Shown: positions 1-13,109 of the stretch, piece after piece
Numbering within the stretch: the stretch's first letter is position 1
How the letters are laid out: each line of letters starts with the position of its first letter
IMG/VR virus record: IMGVR_UViG_3300047352_000567
Strand: one strand, 5' to 3'
Source: an uncultured virus (IMG/VR IMGVR_UViG_3300047352_000567)
Lineage: Duplodnaviria; Heunggongvirae; Uroviricota; Caudoviricetes
DNA: 64,000 bases
Made by a program: the position numbers and the translations under genes
The notes under the pieces: generated by a model
The model's input: the letters and a program-made list of their open reading frames with translations, nothing else
The model's database searches: none
Told to the model about the DNA's origin: nothing

Positions 1-283
1 GCATTAGTAAAATATAGATTTGTTGAGCCTTCACTTAGGCTATCAGTATCTGCTGCAGCTATTCTAGCATCTGCTCTAGCATTAGTAAAATATAGATTTG
101 TTGAGCCTTCACTTAGGCTATCAGTATCTGCTGCAGCTATTCTAGCATCTGCTCTAGCATTAGTAAAATATAGATTTGTTGAGCCTTCACTTAGGCTATC
201 AGTATCTGCTGCAGCTATTCTAGCATCTGCTCTAGCATTAGTAAAATATAGATTTGTTGAGCCTTCACTTAGGCTATCAGTAT
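1..283. repeat. 78-bp perfect tandem repeat (about 3.6 copies visible), encoding the 26-aa unit [26 protein letters not shown]
   Basis: Identical units start at 1, 79, 157 and 235; array may continue beyond the window edge. Confidence 0.95.
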
Positions 284-3200
284 TAAAAGCACCTAAATTA
301 ACTGCAAAGTCTACTGTTCCATCCGAATCTTCATATGTTACTGCAATACCACTTTCAGTATTACTACTAAACATTGCTCCGACAATGTCTTGAACTCTCT
401 CTGCATTTACAGTAACGGCCCCACTTGAAACAGTAAAATCTGTGGCGTTAAAAGAGGCTATGCCTTTATTGGAAGAAGATGCATCTTCAGCAGAAATTGT
501 AATAGCATTATTACTTACTGCTGTATCAATACCTTCCCCACCCGAGAAAGTAAGAGTATCTGTCCCAATTGTAACGTCATCATTGCTTCCTGAATCAGCA
601 GCAATAGTTAAATCTCCACCACCGCCACCACCACTTACTGTAACAGTTTTTGTAGCTCCAGTTCCTGTTACTGTAACACCACTGCCTACAAAATTCAAAG
701 TTGTTGCATCCGTTGAAAGTGCAGACCCCTCATCTTGAATTGTTAACCCAGAACTACTACTTCCTCCTGGAGTAAACTCAATCCACTGAGCACTGTTTCC
801 ATCATTGTAGTATATATAAGGTGTTAAATCACTTGGATCAAACCATAGGTCTCCCGAAGCCGGACTACTGGGAGCAGTTTCACTAATACCAATATTAGTG
901 CTGCCTCCTCCTCCTCCTGGAGTAAACTCAATCCACTGAGCACTGTTTCCATCATTATAGTACAGGTATGGGCTTAAATCACTTGGATCAAACCACAAAG
1001 AGCCCGCAGAAGGACTGCTGGGAGCATTTTCACTAATACTTACTACAGGATCTCCTGCAGAGCCAGAACCCCCGGAAGAAGTAAGATCTATTTCTCCATT
1101 TGTATCATCATAAGATGCACTAATAGAAGTATGATTTGAATGAGTAAACATTGCAGCAACAGCATCTTGTACTGCTTCTGTAAGATTTATATCTGCAGAG
1201 CCATTAAAAGAGTGATTAGTACTTCCAACAGTAAAATTTCTTGGAGTTGTAAGGGTGTCTGCTGCTCCTGTAACATTACCTGTAAGGCTTCCAGTAATAT
1301 TTGTTGCTGTAAGATCCCCAGAAACAATAATACCATCAGCATCTGAAGAAATTGTTTTTGTGCCCACTGTAATCGTATTTGCAGCAAACTCACCTTCTTC
1401 AACAAATATTTTTCTGAATCTTTTTGCGGACGAACCTAAATCATAAGTATTGTGAGCACTTGGAAGAATATGAGCCGTCGCTTCTATAGCTGTAGAAGTT
1501 GCTTCTAGTTTCTTTGTAGTACCATTGTATAGTGCCGTAGTAGTGACATCAAAGTCCTGATCGCTTGAATCATAGGCTATTGTTGTTCCAAGCTGTTTAT
1601 TGCTCGGAAATAAGGTACCAATTGCATTAGTTAGATTAGGGCTTTGAGTACCATCAAAAGCATGCGCGGTATCTTTAATTGTAAAAGCAACTGCAGTTTG
1701 TAAGGCTGATGCTGTTCCTGCGTTCCCAGAAACATTACCCGTTAAACCCCCTGTTATATTACCAGTAATGTTACCTGTAACATTACCTGTAAGATTACCA
1801 ATAAAAGTACCTTGAATATTACCTGCACTCAATCTTCCGGTTGAAGGGTTGTATCTAAGCTGATTATCTGTTTCTAATCCGCGATTACCCGAATCTCCGT
1901 CAACAAAAGGAATAAATAAAGAGTTACTTTCAGTATTATTTGCAGTTACAGTTACTTTAGTAGCTACATCTGCTGTACCTTCAAGATCTGCTACAAGCTT
2001 AGATTTTGTGTAACCTGTATTTGAGCTAGGATCAGTATCAATTACATTGCTTGAAGGAGCATTTTGGGCATCTTCAAACAGTTTCCACTTTCCATCAGTG
2101 GCATCTCTAAAGAGTCCTGCGTATAAGTCTTGACTTCCAGAAGTGTCATACTTTCCATATAAACCAATATCAAGTAAGTCTGATGAGCTATTATCCCTTG
2201 CTAGCTCTATAAGAGAATCTTTTACACTTAAACTTGTGGCATCTACTGTAAAGCTGCCACCACTTACTGTTAAATCTCCAGCTACAGTAAGATTGCCAGA
2301 AACAGATGTAGTATCTGTTACACCACTTCCAAGAGTAGTATTTCCATTTATTGTTAAATTATTAAATGTTACATTGCTGGTGGTTCCTACTTCCTGCCCG
2401 ATACTAATTGCACCAGTTGAGCTATTATACGAAACACCTGTACCTTCGCCAATTGCCGCTCTGGCTCTTGCATCAGTAAAATATAGATTTGTTGAGCCTT
2501 CTGTTATTTCATCCGTATTATCTTTTGTTGCAATTTGAGCCGCCACAAAAGCCTTAACTGATTGCTGCGATGGTGCATGTGTAGCACTATCACTGAACAT
2601 ATCGTCTTCATCTTTAATTGCGTTTGCAATTCTGGCGTCTGCTCTTGCATTTGTAAAGTAAAGATTTGTCGGAGTAGTGCTCTTTTCGGGAATATTATCA
2701 ATCGTTATTTGATTTGTACCCTGACCAAAATCAAGATGAGTTGCATTTATATTGTCAGAGCCGCCACTTAGAAAATATCTATTGTCCGCAGCAGCCTGAG
2801 TTAGAAGGCCACTTACTGCAGCTCCAACATGACTATGTACCGCATCAGAAGTAGGTATTTTAGTATCGCCATCTACAATTGAACCGGCTATATCTCTTCT
2901 ACTATATGTTCCATCTCCAGCAGATACCATTATACCCGCGGATTGACCATTAAAAAAAGAATCAGGAACAAAGCCAGTTAAAGTTTTTTCTGCAACAGCA
3001 GTAACTCTACCTTTGCTATCAATCGTTATTGTACCAACAACTTTTTTCTGCCCCGCAGAGCCCGCTGCAGTATCAGAAGACCCAAAGGACGTTCCTGCTC
3101 CTCCGCCATTTGTAAATACGGTTTCTAGAGTAACGTTTCCTGTTCCACTATTAACATCAAAATCTGAACTATCAAATTTAGCGATACCTAAAGTGGTGGC

Positions 3201-6200
3201 AGAGGCTTGAACAGCTCCAGCATCTGCAGCATTCACCCACGCAGTGCCATTGTACTTTAATATTTGACCACTTGCTAAACTGGAAATAGTTACATTATTT
3301 AAACCTTCTACAGCTAAATTCGTACTAAGCCCACCACTTCCTACAGACAGTCCAGAGCCAGAAGCTAATTTAATACTTAAACTGCCTGAATCATTAATGG
3401 CTCCACTTCCTGCTTGATTGGTTTGTAGTCCATTTCCAGAAGCAATCGAAGTTACAGTACCTGCATTACTTGTAAACGAGCTATCGTTACTGAATATACT
3501 TAATCCAATTTCGTTTGCCGCTTTACGTCTTTCGCTACCTGCGTCAAGTACAATAAACTCATCTGTACCGGCCATTCCTGCTGTCATATCAGTAAGCTCT
3601 GATAAGTCTAAGCTAATGGTTGGAGTAGTTGTGGAATTAGTAATATCTAGCGCTGCACCAACACTAATATCTGTAACACCTGAGCTTGTTACATAGTTTT
3701 GTCCAGTAACAAAAGCATGAATTTGGTCTCCAGTTGCGAGATTCTGGCCTCCGTCTGCTACAGCAGCAGTACCAGTTTTGCCATCTACATACGTTTTTAC
3801 GGCTCCCTCAGTAGGGACTGTAGTATTAGAAGAATTTGCTACTGTAGTTACAAAGCTTCCAATAGAATTTGTGCCATCATTTAAGTTACCGAAATTTACA
3901 TTTCCATGAATATAAATATCTTTCCACCGGCTGCTTGTACTGCCAATATCTAAAGTATTATTTGCATTTGGATTAATTGCAGAAGATACAGTTGCTCCGC
4001 TTAAATCTAAGTCAGTATCAATATCCAGCTTTGGTACATTTAGAGTATTATCAGTAGTATCAAATCGTAAAATAGCATCAGTTAAGAGGCTCTGACTGCC
4101 GGTAGCTCCCGAACTCAAAAGCAAATAATGATTAGTATTGTCTTCTGAACCCCCAATATTTACTCCGCTTGAAGTGCTTTGAGCTATTGTTATTGTTCCA
4201 TTGCTGGCACCATTATCAGTATAAGTAACAAAACTATCTGTAAACATTGCCCCTACAATGTCTTCTATAGTTTCGGTTAGTATGCCAAGGGTTTTATTTG
4301 TACTATCTTGTGTAAGATTTGTTCCCGCTATTGCGCCTACAAAGTCAGCTACAGATTCTTTCTTTGAAGCGGAACCGTCCGCATCAATAAATACAATACT
4401 ATCTTGTGAAGGGTCTATATTTGCCGCACTAAGTCCATCTAAGTCTAAAACCAAACTTCCTGATGTAGTTATAGGACCACCCGCTAGACCAGCACCCGAT
4501 CCAACACTTGTGACTGTACCTGTTGTGGTTGAATATCCAAAACTTGTGATTTTATCATTGACTGCGGCCGCTGTCATCAATACTGAGTCTGAGTCACTGA
4601 ATGACTCTGAGCTTAACTGTATCGAACTGCCTGCAAAGTCTGAAACTGTTAAGTCGGGCAATCTAGCACTATTAAATGTACCAGCATTAATTTTACTTGC
4701 ATTTAAATTTGGTATTCTAGCACTATCAAATGTACCAGCACTAATTTTACTTGCATTTAAATTTGGTATTCTAGCACCATCAAATGTACCACTCCTAATA
4801 TCGCTTGCATCAAGAGTGTCCCATACAGGAGCTGCACCAGCCGAACCAGTGCCAGTCATTCCTAAGAATTTTTGTGTTGTTGTTGTGTTTGCTGCTACAT
4901 AAGCAGTTGTGCTCGCGGCACTTTGATAAGGTATTTGATTAGCTGTACCATCTTTTAAACTAGTTGCTGTATCGGCGTTTCCAGTTACATCACCAGTTAC
5001 ATCACCAGTTAAGTCACCTGCAAAACTGGTTGAGGAAAGTGTAGATGTAGATGGATTAAACGAAAGACTTGTTTTTGACTCAAGATTAGAATCTGTAATA
5101 TTTAATTGACGATATAATCCTTGAGAATTTGCACTGCTTGAGTGTGAAACAATAAATACACTCTGTGCAGAATCAAAAACTAAAACATTTCGAGACCCTG
5201 ACTGCACACTAGTAGAGCTTATTTGAGTTTCAGAGGTAAATGATATATCCGAGCCTGTAGCAATAGCTCTCTTAAATACATACCCTCCGCTGGACTTATC
5301 TGCTAAAAGTATTACTTCTTTTGTTGTAGGGTCATTTGCTAAAACCATATCGCTATAAAACGAGGAATTAAGAGTTACATCTGATCCATAAGTATGAGTA
5401 CTACTAGAGCTAGATACAATAACTTTTCTATACTTATTGCCATGAACTATTATACCGAGCTTATCGTCATTACTTTCCGTATACTCTACATCTCCTAAAG
5501 TACGAATGCGTCCCGCGTCTGAAAGACTACTAAAAGGTAAACCATTTATACCTGAAGCAGATAAAGTTGTTCCACTACTTGTTAAAATTCTTGTATTATG
5601 ATATCCATTACTTTGCGAAGGATTGTTAAGGCTTGCCGTTCTTTCGCCAATAGCTACAATAAACTTATTCGCAATGCCTGACCAAGATGCGTCAATGTTC
5701 ATTGCATCATTCGTAGTAATACTCGGAGTGCTAAAAGAAAAATCACTACCGCCCGGGGCCCCAGCATACCCTGAAGTTCCTGCACTTCCGGTACTTAATG
5801 TAATACTCGGAGCAGAAGTATAACCTCTACCTGTATTTGTGAGATTTATACCTTTTAGATAATACTTACCATTTCCTGCGCTTCCACCAACTTCTGTTTG
5901 TTGTGTCCAAATTAAAGTTCCTGTTGCAGTTACTCCTCCATCTAATTGTGGCGCACTAAATGTAATAGAGTATTGTGGCCTATCGGTTGAAACAACTCGT
6001 GGGGTTTTATTACCAGGATATTGGGTATCTACTACTATAGGAGGGCTATCTTGTAAAGCTCCATTTTGATAAACAGCAGCTGCAGAACTCACTCGGTTAT
6101 TAACCATCGCAAGTTCAGAGCCTAAACTAATTGAACCATTTATACTTGAAATAGTTGCGATTCTTGCAACCGCATCTCCGTTTGTATCAATATGAGTAAC

Positions 6201-9200
6201 AAGAGTTCTATTTGTAGAAGTATCAGTAGGATCTCTTGTAATACTAATAGCACCCAGTAAGGTATCAGAACTTGTACTTTCAACAGTAGTAGGCGCCCCA
6301 AAAGTTACTGTAGAACCATTAAAAGTAAGTACTCGTAGTCTATTTGCTTTATTTGAGCCACTAACTTCTGTTAAGCTCATTAAAATATTTGAAGAAGGAT
6401 TAAGATCAGCTAAAGTTATTTGTCCGTAGGAAGGCTGAGTGCTGCTGTTTGCTCTTTGTGCACAAACAATATTTGAGCCATTCCTTGTCGCAGTAACAGC
6501 ACTTCCCCATACAATAGTACCCGAAGAATAGGTGCCAATTTTATAAGTTAGTTGGCCATTAGCTTGCGCCCAAAATGCAAGATACTTATTGTAAAGCTTA
6601 GAATAGTATAAAGACGGACTATGAACAAGTACATTTTGAGACGAGCTTGTTGTAATAGCTGCTGCAGTTGAAACGCTGTCCTGATTTGGTTTTAAAAAAG
6701 GTATTTCATGAGCAGCACTTAGATTCTCAGATGGAAAAATACTTGCATTTCTTGCACGAGTAGCTGTACCTGAAAGATTTCCTGATATATTGAGCACTCC
6801 TTCAACGCTTTTTAAAGTATTAGTAGAAGGAATATAATTTAACGAAGAACTAATCTCTATAGACTGAGGAGAAGCCGTTCCATCAACAAAGGTAAGATAG
6901 TGAGTATCCGCGCTAGATTCTTGAGTGCTAATACTAATCTGATTGGCTACAGAAGAGGATCCGCTAATATTTCCTATAAACGAAGTAGCTTTAAGAGCGC
7001 CCGTACTCGGATTATATGTAAAAGGGGAGATCGGATCGGCTACAGCTTGGTCCTTTTTCAAGTCATGGTAGTTCCCTGATGTATCTCCAAATACAACTGG
7101 AAACTCAGAGTTAGTTGCACCACTTTCAGTTACATAAACTTGTGTGGCCTTTGTTGATACACCAGTTACATCACCCGTAAATGTAGCGTTTGTACCATTT
7201 GTACCCGCTTCAAGCACTTTACTAGTACCATTACTCGCGTATACATCGCCTCTTAGATCTCCAGTAAATTGACCCGCAGTTGTAAAATTGCCTGCTGTCA
7301 TTGTACCTGATACTGTAGGCGCATTTACAAGGCCTATTGTAATAGCATCGTTTGAAACTGTTGTTTCAATTTCGTTACTAGTACCTGCAAAGTTTAATGT
7401 TCCACCAGTTGTGAATGTGTCGTTTGAACCACTGTCTGCACTTAATGTGAATGAAGTGTTAATGTTTGAAACTTCAGTATCAACGTATGCTTTAATACTC
7501 TGTTGAGTAACACCAAATTGATTTGAGTTATCAGACATTGAATCATCGTCTAAGAACCCTGAAACTGCAATATTATTAGTACCCTTGAAAGAAGTGGCTG
7601 TAATATCACCTGCTTTTAATGCACTTGCTGTGCCTGTAAAGGTATTTGAACTTTCTGTAGCATCTGCTATGAAAACAAATTCACTTGCTGAATAATCATA
7701 ACCAAAGAAACCTTTCTTTGCGTTTGACCCATCATGCCAATTAAATTTTATACCTCTGTCAAAGTTGTCGGCTGAGCCAATGCCCGGATCACCTACTTCA
7801 AAAATAGGATCGTCAACTTGAACAGTTGTACTGTTAACTGTAGTAGTTGTTCCATCAACTGTTAGGTTACCATCAATTCGAATATCATTGCTGAAAATCT
7901 TATTGCCGCCAATAGTTTGAAGACCGCTTGTTCTTACAACGGTATTATCAACCTGTATATTGTCAGCATTTACAGCTATGCCACCACCGCTAGCTGCGGC
8001 TAAGTTTACAGTAAGAGTTTGGCCACTTCCTGCAGTTGTAAGACCAGTTCCACCAGCGATCGTAAAGGTCTCTGTATTTAAATCGACCCTTAAACTACTG
8101 CCGCCAGTGTCGCCAGTAAAAGCTAAATCCTGTGTTGCTACACTACTATCAACATAGGCTTTTACGGATTGTTGAGTAGGTACAAGTGTTGCAGAATCTG
8201 AAAACATATCATCTTCATCAACAAAAGCTGTGATAGTTATACTACTATCGTTAAGACTACCAAAAGTTAAGTCTGTTATAGTAGTTGCAGCAATAGTACC
8301 GCCTTCAACCTTATCACCACTAATTTGATTATCAGCAAGTGTTAAAGTACCTGCAGAGACGTTTAAAGTTTTACCAGAACCAACAGTGATATCAGAAGCA
8401 GCAATAGTTGTACCGTCAATAGTTCCACCATTAATATCTGTTGTAGTTAGTACAGAACTTCCAAGTGTTACAACACCTGTAGAGTCTGCTATAGATCCTG
8501 CAGCAGTTCCATCTTTAGCTTTTAAATTTGTAACTTCAATGTTTGTTGTGTCAAGAGTTGTAGCATTTACGTTAGTAATATTACCAGTTGTTGAAGTTAA
8601 TGTAGTAATAGTTGTAGCAGCTATTGTACCGCCTTCAACGTTATCACCACTAATTTGATTATTAGCAAGTGTTAAAGTGCCTGATGAAACGTCTAAAGTT
8701 TTACCAGCTCCTACAGTAATATCTGAAGTTGCTATAGTAGCACCATCAATAGTACCGCCATTAATGTCTGCTGTACTAAGAATAGCATCATTAAGAGTTA
8801 CTTTTCCGGTGCTGTTAGCTATAGATCCTGCAGCAGTTCCATCTTTAGCTTTTAAATTTGTAACTTCAATGTTTGTTGTGTCAAGAGTTGTAGCATTTAC
8901 GTTAGTAATATTACCAGTTGTTGAAGTTAATGTAGTAATAGTTGTAGCAGCTATTGTACCACCTTCAACTTTATCACCACTAATTTGATTGTCAGCAAGA
9001 GTAAGAGTGCCTGTAGAGACATCTAAAGTTTTACCAGAACCAACAGTGATATCAGAAGTAGCAATGGTTACACCATCAATAGTTCCACCGTTAATGTCTG
9101 CCGTATCTGCTACAAGGCTATCAATATTTGCAGTACCATCAATGAATAAGTTTCTCCACTCTTGAGTAGAGCTACCAAGATCGTACGCATCGTCAGTATT

Positions 9201-10568
9201 TGGAATAATACTCGAATTTACATCAGCACCAAATACCACATTATCAGTGTCTGCATCTCCCATGGTGATTGTACCACCATTAAAAGTTGTAGTGCCTGTA
9301 ACAGTAAGATTACCGCCAACATCAACATTTCCAGAAGTTGAAATAGCATTTACTACCAGCCTATCGTTATCTTCGCTATAGTAAATTCTGGAGTCTGCTT
9401 TTATAGTTTGACCTACTCCACTCACCGCACTTTCAATGCCTACAAGAAATAAGTTATCACCGCTCGGAGTATTTCCGTCATCGTGCTGTGTAACTGTTAC
9501 TGTAAGAGCGGCATCGGACTGTCCAATAGTCGTAGTTGAGTCAAAAGATCCCTTAAAAGTTCCTTCGAACCTACCCGTAAATTGTCCATCAAGATTGCTT
9601 GCAAAAATAGTACCCTTTCCAGGATTATATTGCAATCCAGACTCTGAAAATATTTTTGAAGTCCCGCTTGTACTATCTATAAAAGTAATGAAATGAGTAG
9701 TATCTAAACAAACAGTACCTGTTCCTGAGCCGTTTCCAGTAGCAGTAAATAGCGTTTCTAAAACAGTGCCTGTACCGTAGTTCGAGTTTCCAGTACCCCT
9801 GGCTCTAAATCTGTCTCCAACAGACGGAGGAGTGCTCAGACTTCCCGCACCCAAAGTAATCCAATTAGTAATTTCTACTACTGTGCCCGAACCAGAGCCG
9901 GCACCTGTAGCAGTAAAAGCTAAGCCAACAGTATTAGAAGCTGCCCCAATTGTGGTAAAATCAGAGCCTCCTAAAGACACAATTTTGTAAACTCTAGAGA
10001 CTGAAGTTGCACTAGCGGCCAGAGTACTTCCAAGACTTGTGATAATATATTCGCGGGTGTCAACAATCTGAGGATCAGAAGTTGCAGATATATTTACACT
10101 TTGTGCTCCAATAGAAGCAAAGTCAGTATTTCCAAGAGTCTTAATACCATAAGCAGTGCCATTAACAATTGCAGTAGCAGAAAGTCGAGCACTTTCAACC
10201 CCTAGCTCTGCCGTAGGAACACTAGTTACAGTCTGTACATTAGTTATTCTTCCCTGAGCATCTACGCTAATTACAGGAATAGAACTTGCACTACCATAGT
10301 TTCCAGAGGATACACTTGTATCATCTAAGTCTATCTTTATATTATTATTTGATACGGTGGTAGTTAGACCCGTGCCTCCCTCAAAATTAAGAGTGTCTAC
10401 ACCGAGAGTAACAGTATCATTAGAGCCAGAATCAGCAGAAAGCGTAAAATCAACGCCGCTTAGGCCTTTAATATTATGGTTCCATCGAACACCGTCAAAA
10501 GTCCAAGAAACATCCCCAGAAGTTATTACATCCCCTGTTACGGGGCTTGAAGGAAAACTTATTGCCAC
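1..10568 (-). CDS. Giant tail fibre / adhesin-like protein (>3,500 aa, 3' end outside window)
   Basis: GTG at 10568 with AGGAG RBS ([13 protein letters not shown]...). The same frame is open at every point spot-checked down to base 1 (...[11 protein letters not shown]). Absent from the ORF track, consistent with no stop inside the window. Thr/Gly/Ser-rich with internal repeats. Confidence 0.85.
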   Translation of the reverse strand, partial: MAISFPSSPVTGDVITSGDVSWTFDGVRWNHNIKGLSGVDFTLSADSGSNDTVTLGVDTLNFEGGTGLTTTVSNNNIKIDLDDTSVSSGNYGSASSIPVISVDAQGRITNVQTVTSVPTAELGVESARLSATAIVNGTAYGIKTLGNTDFASIGAQSVNISATSDPQIVDTREYIITSLGSTLAASATSVSRVYKIVSLGGSDFTTIGAASNTVGLAFTATGAGSGSGTVVEITNWITLGAGSLSTPPSVGDRFRARGTGNSNYGTGTVLETLFTATGNGSGTGTVCLDTTHFITFIDSTSGTSKIFSESGLQYNPGKGTIFASNLDGQFTGRFEGTFKGSFDSTTTIGQSDAALTVTVTQHDDGNTPSGDNLFLVGIESAVSGVGQTIKADSRIYYSEDNDRLVVNAISTSGNVDVGGNLTVTGTTTFNGGTITMGDADTDNVVFGADVNSSIIPNTDDAYDLGSSTQEWRNLFIDGTANIDSLVADTADINGGTIDGVTIATSDITVGSGKTLDVSTGTLTLADNQISGDKVEGGTIAATTITTLTSTTGNITNVNATTLDTTNIEVTNLKAKDGTAAGSIANSTGKVTLNDAILSTADINGGTIDGATIATSDITVGAGKTLDVSSGTLTLANNQISGDNVEGGTIAATTITTLTSTTGNITNVNATTLDTTNIEVTNLKAKDGTAAGSIADSTGVVTLGSSVLTTTDINGGTIDGTTIAASDITVGSGKTLNVSAGTLTLADNQISGDKVEGGTIAATTITDLTFGSLNDSSITITAFVDEDDMFSDSATLVPTQQSVKAYVDSSVATQDLAFTGDTGGSSLRVDLNTETFTIAGGTGLTTAGSGQTLTVNLAAASGGGIAVNADNIQVDNTVVRTSGLQTIGGNKIFSNDIRIDGNLTVDGTTTTVNSTTVQVDDPIFEVGDPGIGSADNFDRGIKFNWHDGSNAKKGFFGYDYSASEFVFIADATESSNTFTGTASALKAGDITATSFKGTNNIAVSGFLDDDSMSDNSNQFGVTQQSIKAYVDTEVSNINTSFTLSADSGSNDTFTTGGTLNFAGTSNEIETTVSNDAITIGLVNAPTVSGTMTAGNFTTAGQFTGDLRGDVYASNGTSKVLEAGTNGTNATFTGDVTGVSTKATQVYVTESGATNSEFPVVFGDTSGNYHDLKKDQAVADPISPFTYNPSTGALKATSFIGNISGSSSVANQISISTQESSADTHYLTFVDGTASPQSIEISSSLNYIPSTNTLKSVEGVLNISGNLSGTATRARNASIFPSENLSAAHEIPFLKPNQDSVSTAAAITTSSSQNVLVHSPSLYYSKLYNKYLAFWAQANGQLTYKIGTYSSGTIVWGSAVTATRNGSNIVCAQRANSSTQPSYGQITLADLNPSSNILMSLTEVSGSNKANRLRVLTFNGSTVTFGAPTTVESTSSDTLLGAISITRDPTDTSTNRTLVTHIDTNGDAVARIATISSINGSISLGSELAMVNNRVSSAAAVYQNGALQDSPPIVVDTQYPGNKTPRVVSTDRPQYSITFSAPQLDGGVTATGTLIWTQQTEVGGSAGNGKYYLKGINLTNTGRGYTSAPSITLSTGSAGTSGYAGAPGGSDFSFSTPSITTNDAMNIDASWSGIANKFIVAIGERTASLNNPSQSNGYHNTRILTSSGTTLSASGINGLPFSSLSDAGRIRTLGDVEYTESNDDKLGIIVHGNKYRKVIVSSSSSTHTYGSDVTLNSSFYSDMVLANDPTTKEVILLADKSSGGYVFKRAIATGSDISFTSETQISSTSVQSGSRNVLVFDSAQSVFIVSHSSSANSQGLYRQLNITDSNLESKTSLSFNPSTSTLSSTSFAGDLTGDVTGDVTGNADTATSLKDGTANQIPYQSAASTTAYVAANTTTTQKFLGMTGTGSAGAAPVWDTLDASDIRSGTFDGARIPNLNASKISAGTFDSARIPNLNASKINAGTFNSARLPDLTVSDFAGSSIQLSSESFSDSDSVLMTAAAVNDKITSFGYSTTTGTVTSVGSGAGLAGGPITTSGSLVLDLDGLSAANIDPSQDSIVFIDADGSASKKESVADFVGAIAGTNLTQDSTNKTLGILTETIEDIVGAMFTDSFVTYTDNGASNGTITIAQSTSSGVNIGGSEDNTNHYLLLSSGATGSQSLLTDAILRFDTTDNTLNVPKLDIDTDLDLSGATVSSAINPNANNTLDIGSTSSRWKDIYIHGNVNFGNLNDGTNSIGSFVTTVANSSNTTVPTEGAVKTYVDGKTGTAAVADGGQNLATGDQIHAFVTGQNYVTSSGVTDISVGAALDITNSTTTPTISLDLSELTDMTAGMAGTDEFIVLDAGSERRKAANEIGLSIFSNDSSFTSNAGTVTSIASGNGLQTNQAGSGAINDSGSLSIKLASGSGLSVGSGGLSTNLAVEGLNNVTISSLASGQILKYNGTAWVNAADAGAVQASATTLGIAKFDSSDFDVNSGTGNVTLETVFTNGGGAGTSFGSSDTAAGSAGQKKVVGTITIDSKGRVTAVAEKTLTGFVPDSFFNGQSAGIMVSAGDGTYSRRDIAGSIVDGDTKIPTSDAVHSHVGAAVSGLLTQAAADNRYFLSGGSDNINATHLDFGQGTNQITIDNIPEKSTTPTNLYFTNARADARIANAIKDEDDMFSDSATHAPSQQSVKAFVAAQIATKDNTDEITEGSTNLYFTDARARAAIGEGTGVSYNSSTGAISIGQEVGTTSNVTFNNLTINGNTTLGSGVTDTTSVSGNLTVAGDLTVSGGSFTVDATSLSVKDSLIELARDNSSSDLLDIGLYGKYDTSGSQDLYAGLFRDATDGKWKLFEDAQNAPSSNVIDTDPSSNTGYTKSKLVADLEGTADVATKVTVTANNTESNSLFIPFVDGDSGNRGLETDNQLRYNPSTGRLSAGNIQGTFIGNLTGNVTGNITGNITGGLTGNVSGNAGTASALQTAVAFTIKDTAHAFDGTQSPNLTNAIGTLFPSNKQLGTTIAYDSSDQDFDVTTTALYNGTTKKLEATSTAIEATAHILPSAHNTYDLGSSAKRFRKIFVEEGEFAANTITVGTKTISSDADGIIVSGDLTATNITGSLTGNVTGAADTLTTPRNFTVGSTNHSFNGSADINLTEAVQDAVAAMFTHSNHTSISASYDDTNGEIDLTSSGGSGSAGDPVVSISENAPSSPSAGSLWFDPSDLSPYLYYNDGNSAQWIEFTPGGGGGSTNIGISETAPSSPASGDLWFDPSDLTPYIYYNDGNSAQWIEFTPGGSSSSGLTIQDEGSALSTDATTLNFVGSGVTVTGTGATKTVTVSGGGGGGDLTIAADSGSNDDVTIGTDTLTFSGGEGIDTAVSNNAITISAEDASSSNKGIASFNATDFTVSSGAVTVNAERVQDIVGAMFSSNTESGIAVTYEDSDGTVDFAVNLGAFNTDSLSEGSTNLYFTNARADARIAAADTDSLSEGSTNLYFTNARADARIAAADTDSLSEGSTNLYFTNARADARIAAADTDSLSEGSTNLYFTN
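763..1040. repeat. 150-bp duplicated module ([37 protein letters not shown])
   Basis: AGTAAACTCAATCCACTGAGCACTGTTTCCATCATT at 771 and 921. Confidence 0.9.
4663..4790. repeat. 54-bp tandem repeat (18 aa) in fibre gene
   Basis: CTAGCAC units at 4663, 4717 and 4771. Confidence 0.85.
8280..9100. repeat. 330-bp (110-aa) tandem duplication, about 2.4 copies, in fibre gene
   Basis: Near-identical blocks start at 8491 and 8821 (ATAGATCCTGCAGCAGTTCC...), with a third partial copy. Confidence 0.9.
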
Positions 10569-10577
10569 TTAAAACTC

Positions 10578-10871
10578 CTAAATTTGAACCCAAAATGCTG
10601 ACGAACCGTCAGAGTAATATATAAAAGTTTTAAAGTCATCAGAGTCTCTCCACATATCCCCTATTTGTGGGCTTGAGGGAGCATTTGGGCTTTGAGTTAA
10701 GAAAACTTTTCCGCGATTAAGATGCTCAATAGACTCAGTGCCGCCAACATTCTTTTTCATGTATATAGCGCCATCCGCAGTATTCATAGCAAGTTCGCCC
10801 AGAGCTAAATCCGAGGTAGTAGGAACGTTTCCTGCCGTAGCAGAACGTTTTAATTTGATAGTTTGTGCCAT
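10578..10871 (-). CDS. Small tail-fibre-associated protein (Mtd N-terminal-like motif)
   Basis: MAQTIKLKRS...GELAMNTADG N-terminus; C-terminal PSSPQIGDMWRDSD motif shared with the fibre. Confidence 0.65.
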   Translation of the reverse strand: MAQTIKLKRSATAGNVPTTSDLALGELAMNTADGAIYMKKNVGGTESIEHLNRGKVFLTQSPNAPSSPQIGDMWRDSDDFKTFIYYSDGSSAFWVQI

Positions 10872-10915
10872 TTGGCTCTCCTAAATCTGCGTATATACGC
10901 GGGAGAAAAAGAGTT

Positions 10916-12667
10916 CTAGTATGTGCCGCCGTCTAAAGTATTAGACCATTGAGCTGCTCCGCTGCCGTTCATAGCTAGAATGTAATCGTGATTAGTTGTA
11001 CTTGCATTTCCGGATGGCTTTACAAGTCGAGTATAGCCTCCATCAGAGGCTGCTCCAATAAGTAAATCACCTATTGCTGTTGTCGTAACTCCTTTAATTC
11101 TTAAAGCATTCGGGCTGCCAGCATGTTGAATAGTTATATCATCAACATCGACATTCAAAGTATTGCCCGTTTTAGACATACTATCGCCTGCGATGATTTG
11201 CCCCGCACCCGAAAATTGCGTAAATACTAAATTAGTTGTACCAAGAGTTGCCTGGCCTGTTACATTTGTAAGAACAAAACCGTTGTCTCCATCGGAACCC
11301 TCTTCTACAAAAACAAACAGTCCGCCAGTTACTTCGGCATTTACATTTGCGTCTGAAGACCTTGTAAGGACAGCACTTACTGCAGGGTCTGCTGAACCTA
11401 CAGTTGTCACTTCATAGAGGCCATTCTCTACCTGACTCGTCTGAGACTTAACCAACACTCTATCGCTCTGCGACAATGCAATACTATCAAGACTGAGAGG
11501 CCCGGTTGATGTTGCGGTAAGAGTTCCCGCAGAGTTGTTATAAGAAGCAGTAAAATTTGACTGAGTAGCAACTCGTACAGAGTCTTTTATATCTAGTGCC
11601 TGTTTTACTGCATCAACATAAGCTTTAGTTGCGGCATCCTGAGCTTGCGTAGGATCTGTAACATTAGTAATTTTACTAGAATTTACATTAATAACTCCAG
11701 CACCATTTGGATTTAAGGAAATATCTCCATCAGTATCGGTAGAAGAAATTACATTTCCATCAATATTTATATTATCAACACTTAAGTTTTGAACTGTGCC
11801 AAGACTTACAAAGCCTCCAGAGACACTGAAATCCGCGCTGTTAAATGAAGCAACCCCTAGAGAAGCTGCTCCAGCATTTGCTCCCTGGGTGGCCGCAGTT
11901 GCACTAACAGTGAGAAGTACATCATTTCCACTAGTAGTAACTGCTGTATTAATCGGATTAGTTCCAAGAATTTTAAGCTCACCATTGAGCTGTGCAAGAT
12001 CTTGTTGCGCTGAATTATCGTCCGATATTGTAAGGACTGTTGATACTGCCTGAAACGTAAGTGTTCCAGCAGCATCAGAAACTAAAGCATGTCCTGTAGT
12101 TGTAGCGTCGGCTGTAGGAAAAGTATAGCCCGCAGATCCATTAAGACCGAGATGCAGTTGTTTATTTAATTTAATTTGCTCAGAAGAATTAGTAGTAACT
12201 AAAGTAACATAGTTATTAGCACCCTCACTGATCGTAAGGCCTGTTGCTGAGTTATCAGCAATAGAAAATTCTGTTGCTTGAGTAGAAAAATCAACAGTTC
12301 CTGCTTCGATATCAAGATTTGCAGCAGGATTTAATATAAGATTACCTGTAGAGGTATCAATCTTATTTGTAGTATTATTGATGCGTATGTTGCCCGTAAG
12401 CAGCTTATCAATTTTACTGTTTGAATCCACCAAGATTGCGCTGGATGCGGTAAGAACCCCCAGCGTGTGATCCATTAAATCTGTAAAATACTTACCACCA
12501 ATTACGTCAACAGTAGAAGTATTACCATTTCCATCTTCGGTACCGGGTCTTCCTATAAATAGTTTTTCTTCAGTTGAATGCGAATTATATGCAAGCTCCC
12601 CCGAAGCCATTGTACTAGGAGTTCCCGAACTTCCAGATCTTCTTTTAATTTGAATTGTTTGAGCCAT
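10916..12667 (-). CDS. Tail fibre / structural protein
   Basis: MAQTIQIKRR...GELAY N-terminus; KITNVTDPTQAQDAATKAYVD fibre motif; GAG RBS. Confidence 0.7.
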   Translation of the reverse strand: MAQTIQIKRRSGSSGTPSTMASGELAYNSHSTEEKLFIGRPGTEDGNGNTSTVDVIGGKYFTDLMDHTLGVLTASSAILVDSNSKIDKLLTGNIRINNTTNKIDTSTGNLILNPAANLDIEAGTVDFSTQATEFSIADNSATGLTISEGANNYVTLVTTNSSEQIKLNKQLHLGLNGSAGYTFPTADATTTGHALVSDAAGTLTFQAVSTVLTISDDNSAQQDLAQLNGELKILGTNPINTAVTTSGNDVLLTVSATAATQGANAGAASLGVASFNSADFSVSGGFVSLGTVQNLSVDNINIDGNVISSTDTDGDISLNPNGAGVINVNSSKITNVTDPTQAQDAATKAYVDAVKQALDIKDSVRVATQSNFTASYNNSAGTLTATSTGPLSLDSIALSQSDRVLVKSQTSQVENGLYEVTTVGSADPAVSAVLTRSSDANVNAEVTGGLFVFVEEGSDGDNGFVLTNVTGQATLGTTNLVFTQFSGAGQIIAGDSMSKTGNTLNVDVDDITIQHAGSPNALRIKGVTTTAIGDLLIGAASDGGYTRLVKPSGNASTTNHDYILAMNGSGAAQWSNTLDGGTY

Positions 12668-12686
12668 TTAGGAACTCCGGTTGGCC

Positions 12687-13109
12687 TTAAAAGGCTCCTG
12701 CATCTAGCGTATCAGAATCTGGTGAGATGTTACCTACTATTATAGGTACGAATTCAAAGAATCCTGTGCTAGTTTCGCGATATACTTTTAGTTGGTCGTC
12801 GTCTGTATCATACCAAAGATTTCCTTCACTAATTGTAGAGCCGGCCACAGGTGTTGGTACATTTGGTTGTGCGTAAGATGCTAAGTCTGCAAGCTGTAAA
12901 AGAGCTTGATTTACATTAGTAGCAGTAAGTTGTCCGTAGGGTGTAAAATTGATTGCACTTGCTGCTCCTCCTGACGGAAGAGCAAAATTATTTACAACAA
13001 GTTCAGTTTGATCCCCTAAAATATTGACAGTTACGGACTGAGCAGTATTTACAGTTAGCTCATTTACTGCCTCTGTTACAGTAACTCTAGTAGTATTAAC
13101 TGTACTCAT
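12687..13109 (-). CDS. Hypothetical virion protein
   Basis: Operon position; GNLWYDTDDDQLKVY fibre-type motif. Confidence 0.6.
   Translation of the reverse strand: MSTVNTTRVTVTEAVNELTVNTAQSVTVNILGDQTELVVNNFALPSGGAASAINFTPYGQLTATNVNQALLQLADLASYAQPNVPTPVAGSTISEGNLWYDTDDDQLKVYRETSTGFFEFVPIIVGNISPDSDTLDAGAF

Noticed and set aside
1..283. 78-bp repeats as a CRISPR array
   Set aside because: Units are contiguous with no unique spacers, the length is a multiple of 3, and they lie in frame in the fibre gene
442..10572. Many + strand ORFs (Val/Pro/Ser-rich) in the ORF track
   Set aside because: Antisense shadows of the giant minus-strand fibre ORF
10889..10900. 12-bp palindrome GCGTATATACGC between fibre genes
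   Set aside because: Single occurrence; cannot distinguish an operator from a simple hairpin or chance
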